DNA of 54,035 bases from Alphaproteobacteria bacterium (GCA_964228455.1 CAXQZM010000094.1:1-54035), one strand, 5' to 3'. Shown: positions 28,743-38,410, counted from the first letter of the stretch. Notes: a model not told the origin generated them from the sequence alone. Made by a program: numbers and translations.

Positions 28743-29603
28743 TTATTCCCATTTAGCTTCAGGTGGCATCGACATTAAAATAGCATCAATATTACCACCA
28801 GTTTTCAATCCGAATAGTGTGCCTCGGTCATGAAGTAGATTGAATTCAACATAACGACCCCGCTTAAGAAGTTGTATGTTTCGCTCTTCTGGAGTCCATT
28901 GCTTTTTCAGATCTCTCCGAACGATGAATGGATAAATCGATAAGAAAGTCTGACCGACATCTTGGGTGAATTTAAAATCTGCCTCCCAGTTTTTTGAATC
29001 TAGATAGTCATAAAAGATCCCACCGTCACCGCGTGGTTCGTTTCTATGGGGCAAAAAGAAATATTCATCACATTTTCTGGCTATTTCTTCATAATCTGCA
29101 ACTTCATGCCTGTTGCAACAGGCATGCAATGCTGCGTGAACATCCGATTTGTTCTGCTTATTTTCAAGCATAGGATTCAGGTCTGCGCCCCCCCCAAACC
29201 AACCCTTGGTGGTGACGATCATGCGAGTGTTCATGTGGACGGCCGGAACATGGGGATTCTGCATATGGGCGACTAAAGAAATTCCAGCTGCCCAAAAATT
29301 ACGATTCTTTTCATTGGTACCTGGGATTTGTGCTGCAAAATCCTCAGAAAAAACACCCTCGACCACAGAGATGTTCACCCCTACCTTCTCAAAGACTCGG
29401 CCCGTCATTTTTCCGATTGTTCCGCCACCACCATCTTTTCTCGCCCAGGGGGTAAATATAAATCTACCGGGTTCAAGGTGTCTTACCTGAGCTTGAGGAT
29501 AGGTCAGTTCTTCTTCTATCGCTTCAAATTCTGCGCAGATTTGGTCACGAAGCGCTTTGAACCAAAGTGCCGCACATTCTTTTCTGTCTGTCCAACTTTT
29601 CAT
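28743..29603 (-). CDS. hemF: Oxygen-dependent coproporphyrinogen III oxidase
   Basis: It contains GGGADLNP and [36 protein letters not shown] prefer the ATG at 29603, which forms an ATGA overlap with the trmL stop; the track start is 29654. Confidence 0.92.
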   Translation of the reverse strand: MKSWTDRKECAALWFKALRDQICAEFEAIEEELTYPQAQVRHLEPGRFIFTPWARKDGGGGTIGKMTGRVFEKVGVNISVVEGVFSEDFAAQIPGTNEKNRNFWAAGISLVAHMQNPHVPAVHMNTRMIVTTKGWFGGGADLNPMLENKQNKSDVHAALHACCNRHEVADYEEIARKCDEYFFLPHRNEPRGDGGIFYDYLDSKNWEADFKFTQDVGQTFLSIYPFIVRRDLKKQWTPEERNIQLLKRGRYVEFNLLHDRGTLFGLKTGGNIDAILMSMPPEAKWE

Positions 29604-30064
29604 GAGAGAGAAATACCATTTGTTTCTGATATTTGTCTCTGCCATTCCCCGCAAATGAGTGTAGCTGCGGAAGCAAGGTTCAATGAGCGAACTTTTTGGG
29701 CCATGGGGATCGTAATTTGAACGTTAACTTGTTCATGTAAATCTGTTGGAACGCCAGCACTCTCTTGACCCATAATCAAAAAATCATTCTTTGCCCATCG
29801 ATGGTGCCAATGTGGAATTTGCGCTTTTGTTGTGGCTAAAATTAACCTGGCATCGGGGTGCTCGTTTCGAAAATGATCCCAACTAGGGTGACGAATGAGT
29901 GTGATTTGTTTCGAATAGTCCATGCCTATGCGACGCATCTTCTTTGTATCAAGTGCAAAGCCCAACGGTTCTATCAAGTGTAGGCGATACCCTAAACATG
30001 CTCCTAAACGTATGAGGGCTGCGGTGTTGTCGGGTATTTCTGGCTGGTAGAGCACAACGTCCAT
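29600..30064 (-). CDS. trmL: tRNA (cytidine/uridine-2'-O-)-methyltransferase TrmL (SpoU family)
   Basis: It begins [25 protein letters not shown] and contains [11 protein letters not shown] and [16 protein letters not shown], the SPOUT knot motifs. I prefer the ATG at 30064; the track start is 30076. Confidence 0.85.
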   Translation of the reverse strand: MDVVLYQPEIPDNTAALIRLGACLGYRLHLIEPLGFALDTKKMRRIGMDYSKQITLIRHPSWDHFRNEHPDARLILATTKAQIPHWHHRWAKNDFLIMGQESAGVPTDLHEQVNVQITIPMAQKVRSLNLASAATLICGEWQRQISETNGISLS

Positions 30065-30215
30065 AGCATCCTGCATGCCCTATCATATGCACGTATGCAA
30101 TCTTTCGAATCGCTCCTGCGCCATTGAAGGCTTTGACGCGGAGGATTGGTGCCCGTATAGGCCGCGCAATGCAGGGCCTTCATGGCCGCAACCGATAGGG
30201 ATGTAGAGGAATCGC

Positions 30216-30830
30216 ATGTCACAAACTGAACAAGAATTTGATACTACTCGCAGGGATTTTCTGGGTCTGTCATCCGCAGTTCTGGGCGCCGGTGTCCTGG
30301 GTATGGCGGGAGTCGGATTGATAACTACATTCAAACCCTCAGAAGAGACCAAGAAGGGCGAAGTGGTAGAGCGGACCCTAGATGGTCTATCCCCTGGTCA
30401 GCAGGTTGAAGTTCGCAATTTACAGGGTCAATTGTATTATATCCGCCGCCGCACCGAAGATGAGATTGCGATAGCCCAGAGCTGGACTCTAGAGAAGATG
30501 GAAGCCGCGGGAACTGGTGCAAAAGGCTTCAAAGACATTGAGTTAGATTCAGATCGCGTGATTGATCCACAGTATTTAGTTGTTGAAGCTCGCTGTACAC
30601 ATTTGGGGTGTGCACCTGTAGAGCAGAACGTTGAACTAAAACTTGCACGAAATGTGGATGAAAGAGGCATTGAGGCGGGCTATTTCTGCCCCTGTCACGG
30701 TTCAGTATATGACAACTCCGGCCGTGTCCGTGTCGGTCCAGCGGTTCTGAACCTAGTGGTTCCAAAATATAATATAAAGCTCGATGAAAATGGCGCGGCG
30801 ACGAGCATTGAAATTGGTAAAGCGGCGTAA
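30216..30830 (+). CDS. petA: Ubiquinol-cytochrome c reductase Rieske iron-sulfur subunit
   Basis: 204 aa. It has a Tat-like N-terminus (TRRDFLGLSSAVLGAG) and the Rieske boxes CTHLGC (aa 127-132) and CPCHGS (aa 158-163). Confidence 0.93.
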   Translation: MSQTEQEFDTTRRDFLGLSSAVLGAGVLGMAGVGLITTFKPSEETKKGEVVERTLDGLSPGQQVEVRNLQGQLYYIRRRTEDEIAIAQSWTLEKMEAAGTGAKGFKDIELDSDRVIDPQYLVVEARCTHLGCAPVEQNVELKLARNVDERGIEAGYFCPCHGSVYDNSGRVRVGPAVLNLVVPKYNIKLDENGAATSIEIGKAA

Positions 30831-30846
30831 GGTTAAAACTAAGATT

Positions 30847-32142
30847 ATGGCTAAAGAACCAAAGTTCCAAAACTCGACAATTAATTACCTGGATTCTCGG
30901 ATACCAATTTTTAGCGGGCTGAGATGGCTGGGAAAAGAACATCCCTATCCGAAAAACCTCTCTTATTGGTGGAATTTTGGTTCGCTATCCGGCGTCATGT
31001 TACTAATTATGATAATTACGGGGATTTTCCTGGCGATGCCTTTGGACACCGGAGATACGTACAGGTCCATCCGCGAAAGTGTGGATACTGTTCCAGGTTA
31101 TCACGTAATGCAAAAGATCCACATGGTGGGAGCGTCATTCTTCTTTATTGTAGTGTACTTTCATATATTTCGAGGCCTCTATTATGGGTCTTATAAGGGG
31201 CCGCGAGAGTTCGTTTGGTGGATTGGTCTCATCATATACGTGCTGATGATGGGCACAGCATTCATGGGTTACACGATAGTTAATTCAACACTATCAGTGG
31301 GTGGTGCTAAAGTTATCACTGACTTTTTCACTGTAATTCCGTTCATTGGTGAAGATGTTCGCGCTTGGCTTCTCGGCTCGAATGGCGTGACAGACGTTGC
31401 GATTAAGCGATTCTTCGTAATCCACTTCTTGCTACCTTTCGTTATTGTAGGGATGGTTATGTTCCACTTGTTAGCCTTGTTCCAAGTTGGCTCCAATAAC
31501 CCGCTTGGTGTGGACATGAAGGGGCCGGAAGATACAATTTCGTTTCACCCCTACTACACGGTGAAAGACTTATTTGGGTTGTCAGTTTTTCTAACAATTT
31601 TTATGTTTGCTGTCTTCTTCCTACCCTTCCTTCTCGGCGAGCCGGAAGGCTATGAGACTGGAGGTGAGCCGACACATATTGTTCCAGAATGGTACTTTTT
31701 GCACCTCTTCGCTATTTTGCGTTCGTTCACCCAAGATTTAGTTCTCTTCGGCAACGTGTTGCTTACCTCTAAGGAGCTTGGGGTGATATTTATGGGCCTA
31801 GCTTTGGTAGTCCCGTTCTTTCTACCGATATTAGATCGCAACCCAGCCCGGTCGACTAAGTTTCGACCTATCTATCGCTGGTTCTTTTGGCTTTTCGTGT
31901 TAGTTTGTATTCTGCTTGGGCAGGTTGGAATGCAGACAGCAGCATCATATTCTGAAGTTTACATCCCAGCATTCTCGTTGGTGGATTGGTGGACCATTCG
32001 TTTACCGTTGGATACGGTTACCTTTGGGTTGCTTTTGACTGGGTATTTCTTCGCGCATTTTATAATCGTGCTTCCGGTTTTATCCCGCTTTGAAAAACCG
32101 AGACAGCTTCCTGCGTCTATCGCGCAACCAGTTATGCGTTAA
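30847..32142 (+). CDS. petB: Cytochrome b of the bc1 complex
   Basis: The ATG at 30847 lies just after the petA stop; the track ORF start at 30784 overlaps petA. It begins MAKEPKFQNSTINYLDSRIPIF and contains WWNFGSLSG and IVPEWYFLHLFAILRS. There are about 8 TM helices. Confidence 0.93.
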   Translation: MAKEPKFQNSTINYLDSRIPIFSGLRWLGKEHPYPKNLSYWWNFGSLSGVMLLIMIITGIFLAMPLDTGDTYRSIRESVDTVPGYHVMQKIHMVGASFFFIVVYFHIFRGLYYGSYKGPREFVWWIGLIIYVLMMGTAFMGYTIVNSTLSVGGAKVITDFFTVIPFIGEDVRAWLLGSNGVTDVAIKRFFVIHFLLPFVIVGMVMFHLLALFQVGSNNPLGVDMKGPEDTISFHPYYTVKDLFGLSVFLTIFMFAVFFLPFLLGEPEGYETGGEPTHIVPEWYFLHLFAILRSFTQDLVLFGNVLLTSKELGVIFMGLALVVPFFLPILDRNPARSTKFRPIYRWFFWLFVLVCILLGQVGMQTAASYSEVYIPAFSLVDWWTIRLPLDTVTFGLLLTGYFFAHFIIVLPVLSRFEKPRQLPASIAQPVMR

Positions 32143-32167
32143 GTCACCCTGAAGCGAGTACAATGAT

Positions 32168-33523
32168 ATGTTTAAAAATTTAATTACTGCTGCAGCGATA
32201 TTGATTGTAGCTTCGGCTACTAGCTGGTCCGAGGGAGAAAAAGCTACGCCTAAGGAGCCTGAACATCCTTGGCACTTTTCTGGACTTACTGGGCAGCACG
32301 ACATTTCGCAGGTTCAGCGAGGGTTTCAAGTGTTTTGGGCGAAGTGCGCAGCATGCCACGGGATGGAGTTCCGGCGTTTTTGGCACCTTGAAAAAATCGG
32401 CTACACTGAGGGCGAGGTTAAGTCGATGATTGCTGAGTATCTTCGTGGCAGAGGCGAAACATTTGATACCTCAACATACTCGATACAGAACATGCCAGTA
32501 AGCCGTGTGTCGGGCGCACCTGATCTGTCTCATGCAGTTTTGGCAAATGGCAAGACGATGGAACAAGGTGCAAATTACATATACTCGTTACTTCTAGGTT
32601 ACGACCGAGTGAACGATGCTGTCCTTGGTCCAGCGCTTCGGGTTGAAACGAATGAGAGTTCCGATTCTTTCAAAGAGATGGGTGAGCCAATAACTGCCAC
32701 GTTCGAGAGTGGAGAAACTAAATCTGTAACGCGCAAGTTTGAAAAAAATAATTTTTATTTGTATGGGGAAGATAACAATTGGGTCCTTCGGAATTTTGTG
32801 GATATCCGAACCGATTTTCAGGAGTACGACGCCGAGGGGAATGCGTTACCGTTAGTACAGAGCATTAGCCACCGTCTGGATGAAACAGACAGTGAGCATG
32901 ACGGAAAATACGCTTCTGCGCAAGATGGTTACTCAGCGCTGGTGAATGCGGACAATGCTTGGGCTCATCGCGCTGAAGCCCACTATCATGAAATTGCTTC
33001 ATGGGCTGCAGGTCAATTTTATAATCCCTTCAAGGCAGGTGGGGTTATTTCTATGGCGTCTCCTTTAGTTGATCTCGAGAATTTTCACCGCACGGATTTC
33101 ACAGCCGAAGAGCTGGCCCAGGATGCATCCGCATTAGAAAATGCCACCTATTGGTTAGTTGCCAACCAAGACTTGCAGCCTCGTATTTTGGATTTAGTTC
33201 CATCTCTTCAGGATGCATATAACGCGATACCTGAGGGTGAAACGGCTAGCAGTTACCGTCCGTTTTACGATGCAGCAGAGCCGGTTCGTCAACTACTTTT
33301 ACAAATGCAGCCAGAGACAAAGGATGCTATCTCAGAGGACGTAGTTGCGTGGTTAGCCTTCTCGTCTGATATGAATCTCAATGCAAGAAAAGAGACTGGG
33401 TTATGGGTTGTAATAATACTGAGTATACTTTCAATTCTGCTGTATTTTTTCTACCGTGAAATTGCCCGTCAGGAGTTTGCGAAGCAGGCAAAAGAGGGAG
33501 GGCCCTGGGACGAAAACCACTAA
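32168..33523 (+). CDS. petC: Cytochrome c1, unusually long (451 aa) with two internal insertions
   Basis: It has a signal peptide, the heme motif CAACHG (aa 60-65), APDLS, ANYIYSLLLGY, the axial Met region GGVISMASPL (aa 291-300), and EDVVAWLAFSS followed by a C-terminal TM anchor (LWVVIILSILSILLYFFY). Confidence 0.88.
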   Translation: MFKNLITAAAILIVASATSWSEGEKATPKEPEHPWHFSGLTGQHDISQVQRGFQVFWAKCAACHGMEFRRFWHLEKIGYTEGEVKSMIAEYLRGRGETFDTSTYSIQNMPVSRVSGAPDLSHAVLANGKTMEQGANYIYSLLLGYDRVNDAVLGPALRVETNESSDSFKEMGEPITATFESGETKSVTRKFEKNNFYLYGEDNNWVLRNFVDIRTDFQEYDAEGNALPLVQSISHRLDETDSEHDGKYASAQDGYSALVNADNAWAHRAEAHYHEIASWAAGQFYNPFKAGGVISMASPLVDLENFHRTDFTAEELAQDASALENATYWLVANQDLQPRILDLVPSLQDAYNAIPEGETASSYRPFYDAAEPVRQLLLQMQPETKDAISEDVVAWLAFSSDMNLNARKETGLWVVIILSILSILLYFFYREIARQEFAKQAKEGGPWDENH

Positions 33524-33701
33524 GCGATTCTATTTATGACATGTTTGGGGACGTTACTAACCTTCCTTCTTGCATCAAATTTACGCGCTGATATCAGAGG
33601 TTAGTGCCTTCTTAGGGTCGGTTTTGGGGTGTTTACATCCGAGAAGTTTTAGTTTTTTGGATGTTGCTTGAAGTTTTCTCTAACAAAGAGGAAAAAGAAT
33701 C

Positions 33702-34409
33702 ATGCCTGATATGCCTCATATACTGGTTGTAGATGACGATGCACGTCTTCGAGACTTACTCGCGCGCTTTTTGGGCTCTCGAGATTTTCGAGTGACAATG
33801 GCAGAGAATGCAGCCGCGGCACGCGCTCGTCTACAAGGTCTAGCTTTCGATGCTATAGTATTAGATATCATGATGCCAGGTGAGGATGGCTTAAGTTTTT
33901 TGAAATGGTGGAGAAATCAACCCGTTGATCCAATACAGCCAATTACACCTGTTCTCCTTCTATCAGCTAAAGGTGATGTCGAAGATAAAATCCAAGGACT
34001 TGAGCTAGGTGCAGAAGACTTTTTAACAAAGCCGTTTGAGCCTCGGGAGTTGGAAGCCCGGTTACGGACCCTTGTACGTCGCTACGCTCCCCCAACATTG
34101 TCCGATAATCCAGAGACTTCCACTTTAAGATTATCGAAATGTGAAATTGATTTGCGGAGTGGGCAAGTCCGAAGGGATGGTAACTTATCGTCTTTGCCGC
34201 CAGCTGAACTCAAAATTTTGCGTGCCTTATATGAAGCTACAGGGCAACCCGTAAGTAGGTGGGATTTGGCCGAACTAACTAAATCTGGTGACTCTGAGCG
34301 TGCAGTTGATGTCCATATTGTAAGGTTGCGCCGGAAAATTGAGATGGATGCTAAAGCACCTGCGCATTTGCTTACCGTGCGCGGCGTTGGGTATCGTTTG
34401 CTTCTTTGA
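33702..34409 (+). CDS. OmpR-family response regulator (PetR/CenR-like)
   Basis: 235 aa. The receiver domain contains ILVVDDDARLRDLL, VLDIMMPGEDG and LTKPF. A winged-helix output domain follows (VDVHIVRLRRKI...LLTVRGVGYRL). Confidence 0.9.
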   Translation: MPDMPHILVVDDDARLRDLLARFLGSRDFRVTMAENAAAARARLQGLAFDAIVLDIMMPGEDGLSFLKWWRNQPVDPIQPITPVLLLSAKGDVEDKIQGLELGAEDFLTKPFEPRELEARLRTLVRRYAPPTLSDNPETSTLRLSKCEIDLRSGQVRRDGNLSSLPPAELKILRALYEATGQPVSRWDLAELTKSGDSERAVDVHIVRLRRKIEMDAKAPAHLLTVRGVGYRLLL

Positions 34410-35770
34410 TGCCAGCCTTCCGATACAGAATTTTGCCACGCGGTCTTTTAGCGCGCGCGGGTCTTCTACTTCTGATACCTTTCATGGGTTTGCAGCTAGT
34501 TTTAATCCTCGCTTTTTGGTTTGGACATTGGCAACCTCACACAGATCGACTTACTAAAGCCGTTGTTAATGAATTAGCGCTTCTTATTGACGGCTATGAA
34601 ACACAGACTTTGAGCGGCGAACCTGCAGATGGCGATGAGCGAACAGAGCTGTTTGTAAATTTAAATGCTCTTTCAGATCTTGGTATTCGCGCGGCGTCTA
34701 TTCCCGGGCAAGTTGATTTGGTGCTTGATCGACAGCGTGTAACCTCAACCCTCGATCGTCAGTTACGTCGCAGGCTCGCTGCGCTTTATCCCACCCGCGC
34801 TTTTACCGTTGATAGCAGCTTTGGCGGCACCCAGGTCCTTGTTACAATTAGTCAAGAAACAGCTGGTTTGATGCCACGCCATTATAGGTTTTTAGTAGAT
34901 CGTGGCAGACTATTCTCAGATGCCGGGCTGAACTTTCTCCTGTTCATCTTGATCTCAGGGGTCATTTTTCTACTGCCCTCATATCAATTTTTGCGAGGCC
35001 AAGTGAGGCCAATTCGAAATTTAGCTCGCGAAGCTGCGGCTTATGGACGTGGTGTGGCTGCAGACCAAGAAACCAGAGCTCAAGGGGCGATAGAGGTCAG
35101 ACAAGCGATCCAGGCATTTAGAGATATGCGCGCGCGGATCACGCTAGCGGTCGATCAGCGAACCAACATGTTGTCTGGGGTGTCACATGATTTACGAACT
35201 CCGCTTACTCGGCTTAAATTACAGCTAGCGCTGATGGACCCAGGCCCTGAGAGAGAGGGGTTGGAGGGAGATGTTCTTGAAATGGAGGCAATGCTCGAGG
35301 GATATCTTGATTATGCTAAAGGCACAGCTCCGGAAGAAGATCACTTAATTATTCTAGCGGATCTTGTTCAACAGGCAGCAGAGCCAAGTAAATGGCCTGA
35401 TCTAAAAGTTAACCTCAAACCTCTTAGTCCTATTGCTCTCAAGGGTAGAAAAACAGCGCTGACCCGTCTTGTTTCCAATTTACTTTCGAATGCCCAGCGC
35501 CATGCAAACAATGTGTGGCTTGAAGTGCATGGTACAGCGCGTTCTGCAACCCTTATTGTCTCTGATGACGGACCTGGTATTGAACCAGCAGATTTTGAGA
35601 GGGTTTTGCAGCCCTTTCAGAGACTTGATGAAGGGCGTAACCTGGATGCTGCAGGTGTAGGCCTTGGTTTAAGTGTGTGTGTCGACATTGCGCGTAGTCA
35701 TGGTGGTGCATTGACATTAGGTCATTCAACACACGGTGGTCTGGAAGTTAAAGTCAAGCTGCCGGCCTGA
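34409..35770 (+). CDS. EnvZ-like sensor histidine kinase (2 TM + HAMP + HisKA + HATPase_c)
   Basis: It has the H-box SGVSHDLRTPLTRLKL, the N-box LLSNAQRHA, G1 SDDGPGI and G2 GVGLGLSV. The ATG at 34409 shares 1 nt with the regulator's TGA; the track lists a TTG at 34406. Confidence 0.9.
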   Translation: MPAFRYRILPRGLLARAGLLLLIPFMGLQLVLILAFWFGHWQPHTDRLTKAVVNELALLIDGYETQTLSGEPADGDERTELFVNLNALSDLGIRAASIPGQVDLVLDRQRVTSTLDRQLRRRLAALYPTRAFTVDSSFGGTQVLVTISQETAGLMPRHYRFLVDRGRLFSDAGLNFLLFILISGVIFLLPSYQFLRGQVRPIRNLAREAAAYGRGVAADQETRAQGAIEVRQAIQAFRDMRARITLAVDQRTNMLSGVSHDLRTPLTRLKLQLALMDPGPEREGLEGDVLEMEAMLEGYLDYAKGTAPEEDHLIILADLVQQAAEPSKWPDLKVNLKPLSPIALKGRKTALTRLVSNLLSNAQRHANNVWLEVHGTARSATLIVSDDGPGIEPADFERVLQPFQRLDEGRNLDAAGVGLGLSVCVDIARSHGGALTLGHSTHGGLEVKVKLPA

Positions 35771-36827
35771 GGTGATTCGCCAGTGCTACTGTTTGATGCG
35801 AACCCGTTATCAGCGTAGTGTGAATGCCCTGTTTATCATAGAGTGAGAATTCAAGATCTCTGGCCGTTCTTGCGATATATTCAGTGCTATGGCCTTGTTC
35901 ACCTAGGTCCACCGGATCGACGAAGATATTTAAGTTTTGAAATGGCATCATGAAGGCACTTATGCTTTTTCGCTTTAGCATACCAAGACAAAGCCGATAT
36001 GGCCCTTTTTCTTTTGCTAGTTTTTCAGCTAAAAATTCTGCGGCATGCGCATTGTGGCCGACGTCGTAGATCACTGAAGGATCTGTCGTGTCTCGTTGCC
36101 AACGGCCTAGTATTGTTGGCATTCTAGTAATATGTTTGGAGGCGTGAAAATGCTTGCTCATAACGGCATTTGCTAATGCCAGGCTTGGATGGGTGGGACC
36201 AGTAGTAACGCGCCTTACACAACCAACATTGAATTTAAAATCTGCTGGCACATAAAGTGGTGATCCTTTGGAAATGCGTGCTTTTTCAACTGCTACTCGA
36301 TCTAGGTTCGAACCCAAGAACTCCGCGTGGTCGTTACCAACATTGGTCAGAATTGCAGCTACTGGTTTTGGTGCTGCTGCTGTGGCATCGCTAATTTCAC
36401 CCATACCACATTCAATAATCGTTATATCCGCGTTCCACTCAGCGAACTGGAGGAATGCGACCAGAGTATCTGCCTCAAACCAAGTTGGCTCTATGTCTTT
36501 GCACTCTCGCCAAATTTGTTCAAATTTTTTTGCACACTCATTCTCTGAAGCAAATATGCCATTTAACCGCACATTTTCGTTGAAAGACCACAGAAAAGGA
36601 GAAGTAAAAGATTGTACTCGATATCCGTTCATTTGGCCTGCGGTCTCTAATGCGGCAACAGTACTTCCTTTTCCGTTAGTTCCCGAAATATGGACGATCC
36701 CACGAAGCCTTTTCTCTGGGTGACCTAAGCGTTCTAGTGCCATATTCATTCTATCTAATCCGAGATTGATAGAATCTTTGTTTAGGCTAGCGAATTTGGC
36801 TCTCGCCTCAGACAACAAAACGCCCAT
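35754..36827 (-). CDS. folC: Folylpolyglutamate synthase / dihydrofolate synthase (compact, 357 aa)
   Basis: It has the Mur-ligase P-loop ISGTNGKGST, NVGNDHAEFLG and the C-domain motif YDVGHNAHAA. It lies directly downstream of accD. Its 3' end overlaps the convergent kinase gene by 17 nt. Confidence 0.85.
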   Translation of the reverse strand: MGVLLSEARAKFASLNKDSINLGLDRMNMALERLGHPEKRLRGIVHISGTNGKGSTVAALETAGQMNGYRVQSFTSPFLWSFNENVRLNGIFASENECAKKFEQIWRECKDIEPTWFEADTLVAFLQFAEWNADITIIECGMGEISDATAAAPKPVAAILTNVGNDHAEFLGSNLDRVAVEKARISKGSPLYVPADFKFNVGCVRRVTTGPTHPSLALANAVMSKHFHASKHITRMPTILGRWQRDTTDPSVIYDVGHNAHAAEFLAEKLAKEKGPYRLCLGMLKRKSISAFMMPFQNLNIFVDPVDLGEQGHSTEYIARTARDLEFSLYDKQGIHTTLITGSHQTVALANHLRPAA

Positions 36828-36837
36828 AGTATAGCTT

Positions 36838-37692
36838 TTAAGCTGCTCTGGGACGTCGCAACATACCTATAATTTTGGCTAATTCGCGTGGAAAATCTTG
36901 CCTGCAAATAACCATATCGACCATTCCATGATCTTCTAGATATTCTGCTGTTTGGAACCCATGGGGTAAATCTTCACCGATTGTTTGCTTAATGACGCGC
37001 GCTCCAGCGAAACCAATAATGGCCTTGGGTTCTGCTACGTGCAGATCACCTAGCATTGCGAAGGATGCTGTAACGCCACCAGTTGTAGGATGTGTAAGGT
37101 GCACAATATGTGGCAGACCAGCGTCTTTAACCATATCAATAGCCAAGATGGATCTTGGTAATTGCATGAGTGATAAGATACCCTCCTGCATTCTTGCCCC
37201 ACCAGAGGCTGGGATGGTAAGTAGAGTAGATCTTGTAGCTACAGCTTGTTCGGCTGCTGAGATTAAGCCTTCGCCCACAGCTAAACCCATTGAACCACCC
37301 ATAAATTCGAAGTTGAATGCGGCGGTAACAACTTTGTGCCCACCAATAGTGCCTTCGGCTAAAACTAGTGCTTCTTTTATGTTTGACTTCGCTAAATTCT
37401 CTCTCATTCTCGAGCTGTAAGCTTTTTTATCTTTAAACTTTAAGGGATCTTGAGGCACCGCAGGAAGGGGCAGGCGAACGAACTGCCCGGCATCGTAAAG
37501 ATATGATAAGCGATCTAAAACAGGCCAAACACGATGCGCGTTGCAGTTTGGACAAGTGTATTGTGAGTCGACCAAATTCTTAAGATAAAGCATTTGCCCA
37601 CAAGAATCACACTTATCCCACAGGTCATCAGGTGTGTCTCGCTTTACGAGGTTGGATAGAGGTTTCCGGACATAAGAAGTCAGCCAGTTCAT
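36838..37692 (-). CDS. accD: Acetyl-CoA carboxylase carboxyltransferase beta subunit
   Basis: 284 aa. It has the zinc ribbon CDSCGQMLY...CPNCNAH, the carboxyltransferase core MGGSMG and SGGARMQEG. Confidence 0.95.
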   Translation of the reverse strand: MNWLTSYVRKPLSNLVKRDTPDDLWDKCDSCGQMLYLKNLVDSQYTCPNCNAHRVWPVLDRLSYLYDAGQFVRLPLPAVPQDPLKFKDKKAYSSRMRENLAKSNIKEALVLAEGTIGGHKVVTAAFNFEFMGGSMGLAVGEGLISAAEQAVATRSTLLTIPASGGARMQEGILSLMQLPRSILAIDMVKDAGLPHIVHLTHPTTGGVTASFAMLGDLHVAEPKAIIGFAGARVIKQTIGEDLPHGFQTAEYLEDHGMVDMVICRQDFPRELAKIIGMLRRPRAA

Positions 37693-37710
37693 GGGAGCAG
37701 AGATACTCTT

Positions 37711-38244
37711 TTAGATGCTAGGGATCAAGCAAGCTTCTAGGTTCAACAGTTCTTCTTTGCGCTTCAAGCCCCATCTGTAACCTCCAAGCGTACCGTTACT
37801 GCGAATAACTCGATGGCAAGGGATCAAAAGAGCAATCTTATTTGCTGCACAACCTCTTGCCGCTGCCCTGTGCGCATTTTCCAAGCCAATCTTATGGGCG
37901 AGCTTTTTATATGTTGAAACGGAGCCCACTGGTATCTGCTGAATGGCTGACCAGACCTTCAGCTGGAAGGGCGTGCCCACTGGATCAAGGGGTAAGCGAC
38001 TTAGTTCATCCCAGTGTCCTTTAAGTGCATTTTCTAGACGTCTCGCAAAGTCATAAATTTTAGAATTTGGCTTGCTCTCAAGTAATGCGCGGGGAAACTC
38101 TAATTTTAGTTCATCAATAAGAGCATTTTCGCACTTATCGAATGCTAAGAAACAAATCCCATCCTCTGATGCCGCAATCAATGCCAACCCTATTATTGTG
38201 TCAAAGCAATGGTATTTGATCAGTTTGTTACCAATTTGTTTCAT
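37711..38244 (-). CDS. ogt: Methylated-DNA--protein-cysteine methyltransferase
   Basis: 177 aa. The active site is LLIPCHRVIRSNGTLGGYRWG, preceded by TPFQLKVWSAIQQIPVG. Confidence 0.9.
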   Translation of the reverse strand: MKQIGNKLIKYHCFDTIIGLALIAASEDGICFLAFDKCENALIDELKLEFPRALLESKPNSKIYDFARRLENALKGHWDELSRLPLDPVGTPFQLKVWSAIQQIPVGSVSTYKKLAHKIGLENAHRAAARGCAANKIALLIPCHRVIRSNGTLGGYRWGLKRKEELLNLEACLIPSI

Positions 38245-38410
38245 TTTGTAATTAGTTCGATATACAAAAGTTTATAGAGGGCCATGCTGAAATTCATTGC
38301 TGTTGCTCACTTTTGGCGAGCGATCTGGTTAAATTTGCTCGTGGAAGCAAATATTCTCACTTTCCGCATTAGAACCTTGGCCGCATTCATTTATGGCACC
38401 TGGTCAGGAA

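Noticed and set aside
33588-33597. 10-bp perfect palindrome CTGATATCAG and the nearby ACATCC-N18-GGATGT repeat (33635..33664) upstream of the response-regulator gene.
   Set aside because: These are short enough to occur by chance in a 178-nt spacer, and I recognise no matching consensus. They are noted only as places to look if the regulator's binding site is sought.
36305-36315. T-loop-like GGTTCGAACCC string, which could flag a tRNA gene.
   Set aside because: It lies inside the folC coding frame, and no acceptor, D or anticodon arms can be formed from the flanks.
35754-36827. FolC is short (357 aa versus about 420 in E. coli) and overlaps the convergent kinase gene, so it might be a truncated pseudogene.
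   Set aside because: The P-loop (GTNGKGS), the middle-domain motif (NVGNDHAEFLG) and the C-domain motif (DVGHNAHAA) are all present and in order. About 95 residues follow the last motif. The shortening is distributed along the protein, which fits a compact but intact gene.
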